Shown here piece after piece: positions 60,256 through 64,000 of a DNA stretch of 64,000 nucleotides (within the stretch, counting starts at the first letter, position 1; every line of letters begins with the position of its first letter). A program made the position numbers and the translations under genes. The stretch comes from Cyanidioschyzon merolae (Eukaryota). The stretch is taken from NCBI GenBank assembly GCA_000091205.1, contig AP006502.2; one strand, written 5' to 3'. Below the pieces are notes generated by a model. That model worked only from the letters and a program-made list of their open reading frames with translations, ran no database searches and was not told the DNA's origin.

Positions 60256-62280
60256 ATGCAGGCTACGCGGGCTCGAATCGAAGAAAGGCACCGATCTTTC
60301 AAGAAAGCTGTTGATTTGGACGAAGCAAGGCGAAAGCGTGATGAGCACAAGGTGGAAATCCGGAAAACGAAGCGCGAAGAGACGCTGATGAAAAAGCGTC
60401 GTGAGCACCCAGCTGTGCAGGCAACGTCTCGGGCCGGTGCTTCAGTCCCAGGCGACATGGCGGCTGTCCATGACCCGACAGCAGCAGCAGCAGCAGCAGC
60501 TGGAACTGCACGTGCTGCGCCCGCCGTCGGCGAAAACTTGCTATCAGCACCGGTTTCCGGCGAGAAAGCCGCCGGGTCACTGTCGGAGAGCGCTGTACCA
60601 GTAGAGAGCATGCTGGACGCTCCCGGTGAATCGGCCGAAGCGAGCTCCTCTCTGTTAACGACGCGTTCTCGGCAAGAAATCCTGGCAAGCATGCCAGCGC
60701 TCCGAGACACACTCTACCAGGCTGGAGCGAGCCCGGAGCAGCTGTTACGCACTGTCCGCGAGTTTCGCCGTATTCTCTCCATCGAACGAGCTCCACCTAT
60801 TCAAGAAGTCATCGAATGCCAGGGCACCGTCGAGAAACTTGTCGAGTTCTTGAGCTACGACCAGTTTCCGGCGCTTCAGTTCGAGGCGGCATGGGCACTC
60901 ACGAATATAGCCAGTGGGAATACCGAGCAGACCACAGTGGTTGTTCAGGCCGGTGCAGTGCCGCACTTTGTTCGCCTTTTGCGTGCGCCTAATGAGGATG
61001 TTTGTGAGCAGGCTGCATGGGCGCTGGGAAACATCGCCGGAGACTCGGTACAGTATCGTGACTTGGTCCTTGCTCATGGCGCGATGGAACCGCTGCTGCA
61101 GCTTCTCCAGACCCAGCACAAACCAGGCATGCTCCGCAATGCGACGTGGACGTTGAGCAATTTCTGTCGCGGTAAGCCGGCACCAGACATGCCCCTCATT
61201 CTAGCTGCCTTGCCAGTGCTCGCGCAGCTGGCTCAAAGCACAGACGAAGAGGTACTGGTCGACACCTGCTGGGCGTTGTCCTACGTCAGCGATGACAAGA
61301 CCGAGCATAACGCTCAGATCGACGCGCTCATCCGCTCGGGCGTCGTGAAACGGGTCATCGAACTTTTGGGTCACGAGTCCACTGCCATCCAGCAGCCGGC
61401 ATTGCGCACGATCGGCAACATTGTCACGGGTACGGATGAACAAACACAGGTCGTTTTGGATTGCGGGGCGCTCCCGTATCTTCTGCGCTTGCTATCATCC
61501 AGCAAACGACTCATTCGCAAAGAAACGTGCTGGACGATCAGCAATATCACTGCCGGCACGATTGAACAAATTGAATCGGTCATTCAGAGCGGTCTGATAC
61601 CGCCCCTGATCTCCTTACTGGCGAATAGCGACTTTGAGACGCGACGCGAAGCGGCCTGGGCGATCAGCAACGCCACCGCTGGAGGAACCGATGCTCAGAT
61701 ACGAATGCTCGTCCTGCACGGCTGCTTGAAACCGATGTGTGATCTGCTATTCGCGAACGATAGCAAGCTGCTGATTGTCGTTCTCGAAGGCATCGAGAAC
61801 ATTCTCGCATCGGGTGAACGCGAACGGGAACGCCTGCACCAGCCTGCCAATGAATATGCGTCGTTGGTGGAACAGGTCGGTGGCCTCGAGAGAATCGAAA
61901 TGCTGCAGAACCACGTCAACGAGGATATTTACTTCAAGTCGCAACATATTCTTCGGACCTACTTTGATGTTGAGGATGAGGACGAGATTCAGGGGTTGGT
62001 CCCCATGGCCGCCTCAGAGGGTGACGGTTTCGGGTTTGGGATAGAGCGAAACGATGCCTTGGCGCGTTCGGGGTTTCATTTCGGCACGTCGTCGTCGTCG
62101 TTGATGATGACTTCATCGGGTATGATGACCGCGTCCACGAGCGTACCTCATGCGACTCACGAAACCGCGTTCGGTGCTGAGACTGCCTCGCCCCGAACCG
62201 GTCAGGTGTCGTGGCGACCCAGCGACGACACCAATGGCGATGGCGATGACGCAACGAACGGTATGCCCATGGGCTCGTGA
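60256..62280 (+). CDS. Importin-alpha (karyopherin alpha) with an Ala/Gln-rich insertion after the IBB domain and a ~180-aa Gly/Ser/Thr/Met-rich C-terminal extension
   Basis: IBB domain RARIEERHRSFKKAVDLDEARRKRDEHKVEIRKTKREETLMKKRRE. Ten ARM repeats with the conserved W/N arrays (EAAWALTNIASG, QAAWALGNIAGD, NATWTLSNFCRG, DTCWALSYVSD, ETCWTISNITAG, EAAWAISNATAGG). First ATG is at 60256 (MQATRAR...). The ORF extends upstream to 60064 with no ATG. (CAG)8 at 60481-60501 encodes AAAAAA/QQQ. Confidence 0.85.
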   Translation: MQATRARIEERHRSFKKAVDLDEARRKRDEHKVEIRKTKREETLMKKRREHPAVQATSRAGASVPGDMAAVHDPTAAAAAAAGTARAAPAVGENLLSAPVSGEKAAGSLSESAVPVESMLDAPGESAEASSSLLTTRSRQEILASMPALRDTLYQAGASPEQLLRTVREFRRILSIERAPPIQEVIECQGTVEKLVEFLSYDQFPALQFEAAWALTNIASGNTEQTTVVVQAGAVPHFVRLLRAPNEDVCEQAAWALGNIAGDSVQYRDLVLAHGAMEPLLQLLQTQHKPGMLRNATWTLSNFCRGKPAPDMPLILAALPVLAQLAQSTDEEVLVDTCWALSYVSDDKTEHNAQIDALIRSGVVKRVIELLGHESTAIQQPALRTIGNIVTGTDEQTQVVLDCGALPYLLRLLSSSKRLIRKETCWTISNITAGTIEQIESVIQSGLIPPLISLLANSDFETRREAAWAISNATAGGTDAQIRMLVLHGCLKPMCDLLFANDSKLLIVVLEGIENILASGERERERLHQPANEYASLVEQVGGLERIEMLQNHVNEDIYFKSQHILRTYFDVEDEDEIQGLVPMAASEGDGFGFGIERNDALARSGFHFGTSSSSLMMTSSGMMTASTSVPHATHETAFGAETASPRTGQVSWRPSDDTNGDGDDATNGMPMGS

Positions 62281-62502
62281 GCTGCGCTTGCTTTGCACCC
62301 GCGCAAGCAAGCCAGCGAGCGAGCGAGAATGACTGCTGGATGGCGACATCGGACGCACCACGCGTCGCGTTCAGCATCGAGCGTGGCGAGCGCGAGTGCA
62401 AGCGTGCCGGCATCAGCACGTGTCCATGCTAGCGCGAAGCACAGACAGACGCTGTGCTTGCTGGTGTGCGCGTGGGATGAGGCACTAGGCCTCGGGCAGC
62501 GG

Positions 62503-64000
62503 CTACCGTCGGGATACGTTCGGTGAGGCGTGCGCTGTTGCCGCTGGAGCGCCCTCCACGCGAGATCCAAAGGCATATCGGACGCGTGCGGGCGTACCGG
62601 TGCGCTTTGCTTCATTCGCCTGGCGACGCAGGAGGTCGGCGCGAGTCTCTCGCAAGACAACTCGACGGGCACTCGGTGGAGTCGGCGGGCCAGCGCTTCC
62701 GGTCTTTGACGAACTCGGCAGAGCGGTGACCGCGGAACTGGTTCGTGCGTTGGCGACGGCGACGACGTTCCCGGTGCGCTTGGACGTTGCTTTGGAGGCA
62801 GGCGTATTCGCGATACCAGTCGAAGAGTTGTTGTTGCGCTGCTGCTGCTGCTGCTGCTGATTTGCTGTTGCGAGCGGGGAGCAAAGGCCCCTGGCTAATT
62901 GCCGCTCGGTGACGCTCGTATTGCTTGTGGCGATGCCGGCGTCTGCTGGATTGATGTCGACGGCTGTGTATACCTCAGAGACGCCGTCGACGACGCATGA
63001 CACTGTGGTATCCACGGTGGTGGACGCGTCATTCGCATTGCACCCCTGCAGAGCGTGCAGCGCAGCGGCGCTGTGCCTCGTATTTGTGCCTGGCGGCGAT
63101 GCAGCTGGTGCCAGGCGAGCTGAGCGCCTGCTGTCGCGACGCCCCGCGAAGCAGTTTTCTTTGTCGTCTTCAATGTCGCTGGCGGTGGTGTCATCTGGTG
63201 GCGTCGTTGCCAATGTGCTGCTGTGCGCACGCTGCAGTACCGTACGCTGGTTGGAAACGACCTGAATGCCATTTCGTGTACCAGGCAAAGAACGGATGCT
63301 GGAACAGGTCCCGCGAACCTGAGGCCGCTGCAACTGCTCAATTTGCTTTCGGAGGAGCGCGATTTCATCGTCTCGCGCTCGGATGTCGTCCTGTGCTTTG
63401 GCGACCGCTTTCATATACTTGGCAACTTGGGCGCTTTCCACGTGTTTGCTAGCTCGCGGAAGCTCCACCTTGGCTACGCGCTGTGCGAACATCAGAGAGC
63501 TCAGCGTCTCGGTTTCGTCGGCTGCCGTTGGACTTACGTTCACGAACATGAGGGTTTTGCTGTCGCCGCCGAGCGAGTCTTGCAATAGGTACGTGAGCTT
63601 GCTATTGCGATACGGTACATGTGATTGCTTCGCGAGGAGCGCCATAAATACGTCGCCGAGCGCCGATAAACTCTTGTTGATGTGTTGTGCCTCGCGAAGA
63701 CGATCGCCTTCAGCTTCGCTACGAGAGACGCGTTCGCTACCAGCGAGATCGACGAGGTGCAGTTTGCCTTCGAGCTTATCTCCGGTACTGCGACTGACGG
63801 CCTCGATCATGATGGACACAATGAGGTGGGATCGCGACGAATGAATGTTCATTCGCGTTGCGCCCTGAGAGCGGTTCCGCGTACCCGCCTCGATGACTGA
63901 CCAGACGTGGTCCAGTTGTTCGACGGGGATCCAGATCAAGTCTGGTACATAGGGCTTGCCGTCTGGACCCAGTTTGATCTCGAGGCGGGTCTCTGTCTTG
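62503..64000 (-). CDS. Kinesin motor protein, 5'-truncated (the N-terminal part of the motor domain lies beyond the window end). Coiled-coil and low-complexity tail with poly-Gln.
   Basis: Motor-domain switch motifs NIHSSRSH (switch I), LHLVDLAGSER (switch II), HVPYRNSKLTYLLQDSLGG. The reading frame is open from 64000 (...KTETRLEIKLGPDGKPYVPDLIWIPVEQ...), so the P-loop is upstream, off-window. The neck/coiled-coil DDEIALLRKQIEQLQ follows the motor. (CTG)8 at 62837-62860 encodes QQQQQQQ near the C-terminus. Confidence 0.8.
   Translation of the reverse strand, partial: KTETRLEIKLGPDGKPYVPDLIWIPVEQLDHVWSVIEAGTRNRSQGATRMNIHSSRSHLIVSIMIEAVSRSTGDKLEGKLHLVDLAGSERVSRSEAEGDRLREAQHINKSLSALGDVFMALLAKQSHVPYRNSKLTYLLQDSLGGDSKTLMFVNVSPTAADETETLSSLMFAQRVAKVELPRASKHVESAQVAKYMKAVAKAQDDIRARDDEIALLRKQIEQLQRPQVRGTCSSIRSLPGTRNGIQVVSNQRTVLQRAHSSTLATTPPDDTTASDIEDDKENCFAGRRDSRRSARLAPAASPPGTNTRHSAAALHALQGCNANDASTTVDTTVSCVVDGVSEVYTAVDINPADAGIATSNTSVTERQLARGLCSPLATANQQQQQQQRNNNSSTGIANTPASKATSKRTGNVVAVANARTSSAVTALPSSSKTGSAGPPTPPSARRVVLRETRADLLRRQANEAKRTGTPARVRYAFGSRVEGAPAATAHASPNVSRR

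Noticed and set aside
1-64000. Prokaryotic-style interpretations (operons, defence islands, CRISPR, start codons GTG/TTG as given in the ORF track)
   Set aside because: Gene content (MCM8, importin-alpha, kinesin, SM protein, seipin, OTU), convergent and divergent single-gene layout, long AT-richer spacers and an AATAAA signal show eukaryotic nuclear DNA. Several track 'starts' are GTG/TTG (14838, 14984, 21003, 29372, 48065, 52043, 52933, 63939) and were replaced by the nearest in-frame ATG.

Overview
This window is GC-rich (~58%) eukaryotic nuclear DNA. It is not a prokaryotic locus: I found no operon structure, CRISPR array or rRNA, and could not confirm any tRNA. About 20 protein-coding genes lie on both strands, each as a single uninterrupted ORF with no evident introns, separated by 1.5-3 kb spacers that are AT-richer.

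Genes recognised: Deg/HtrA protease, OTU deubiquitinase, GCPII/transferrin-receptor-like M28 peptidase, ribosomal-L1-domain (Cic1-like) protein, PAP/fibrillin, a UMP-CMP kinase with an NDK-like N-domain, a LysM membrane protein, a phosphoacetylglucosamine mutase fused to a GlmU-type uridylyltransferase domain, IPP isomerase, MCM8, ETF-ubiquinone oxidoreductase, an Sec1/Munc18 (Vps33-like) protein, a seipin-like protein, shikimate kinase, ketopantoate reductase, importin-alpha and a kinesin truncated at the window edge.

The plastid-type gene set (fibrillin, stand-alone shikimate kinase and Deg protease with N-terminal extensions, IDI), together with intron poverty and gene spacing, points to a compact algal genome, possibly a unicellular red alga (Cyanidiales or Porphyridium-like). 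That is inference only.

The supplied ORF track uses bacterial start codons (GTG/TTG shown as M). Gene starts here were re-anchored to the first sensible ATG.

Main points of interest:
- A single ORF fuses two consecutive UDP-GlcNAc biosynthesis enzymes: AGM1-type mutase and a GlmU-type uridylyltransferase N-domain.
- A dispersed ~170-bp repeat family has three copies, each inside a gene-free AT-rich island.
- Five promoter-proximal direct or tandem repeats (19-92 bp units) sit upstream of different genes.
- A perfect palindromic E2F site lies ~350 bp upstream of MCM8.
- Trinucleotide microsatellites occur inside coding sequences.
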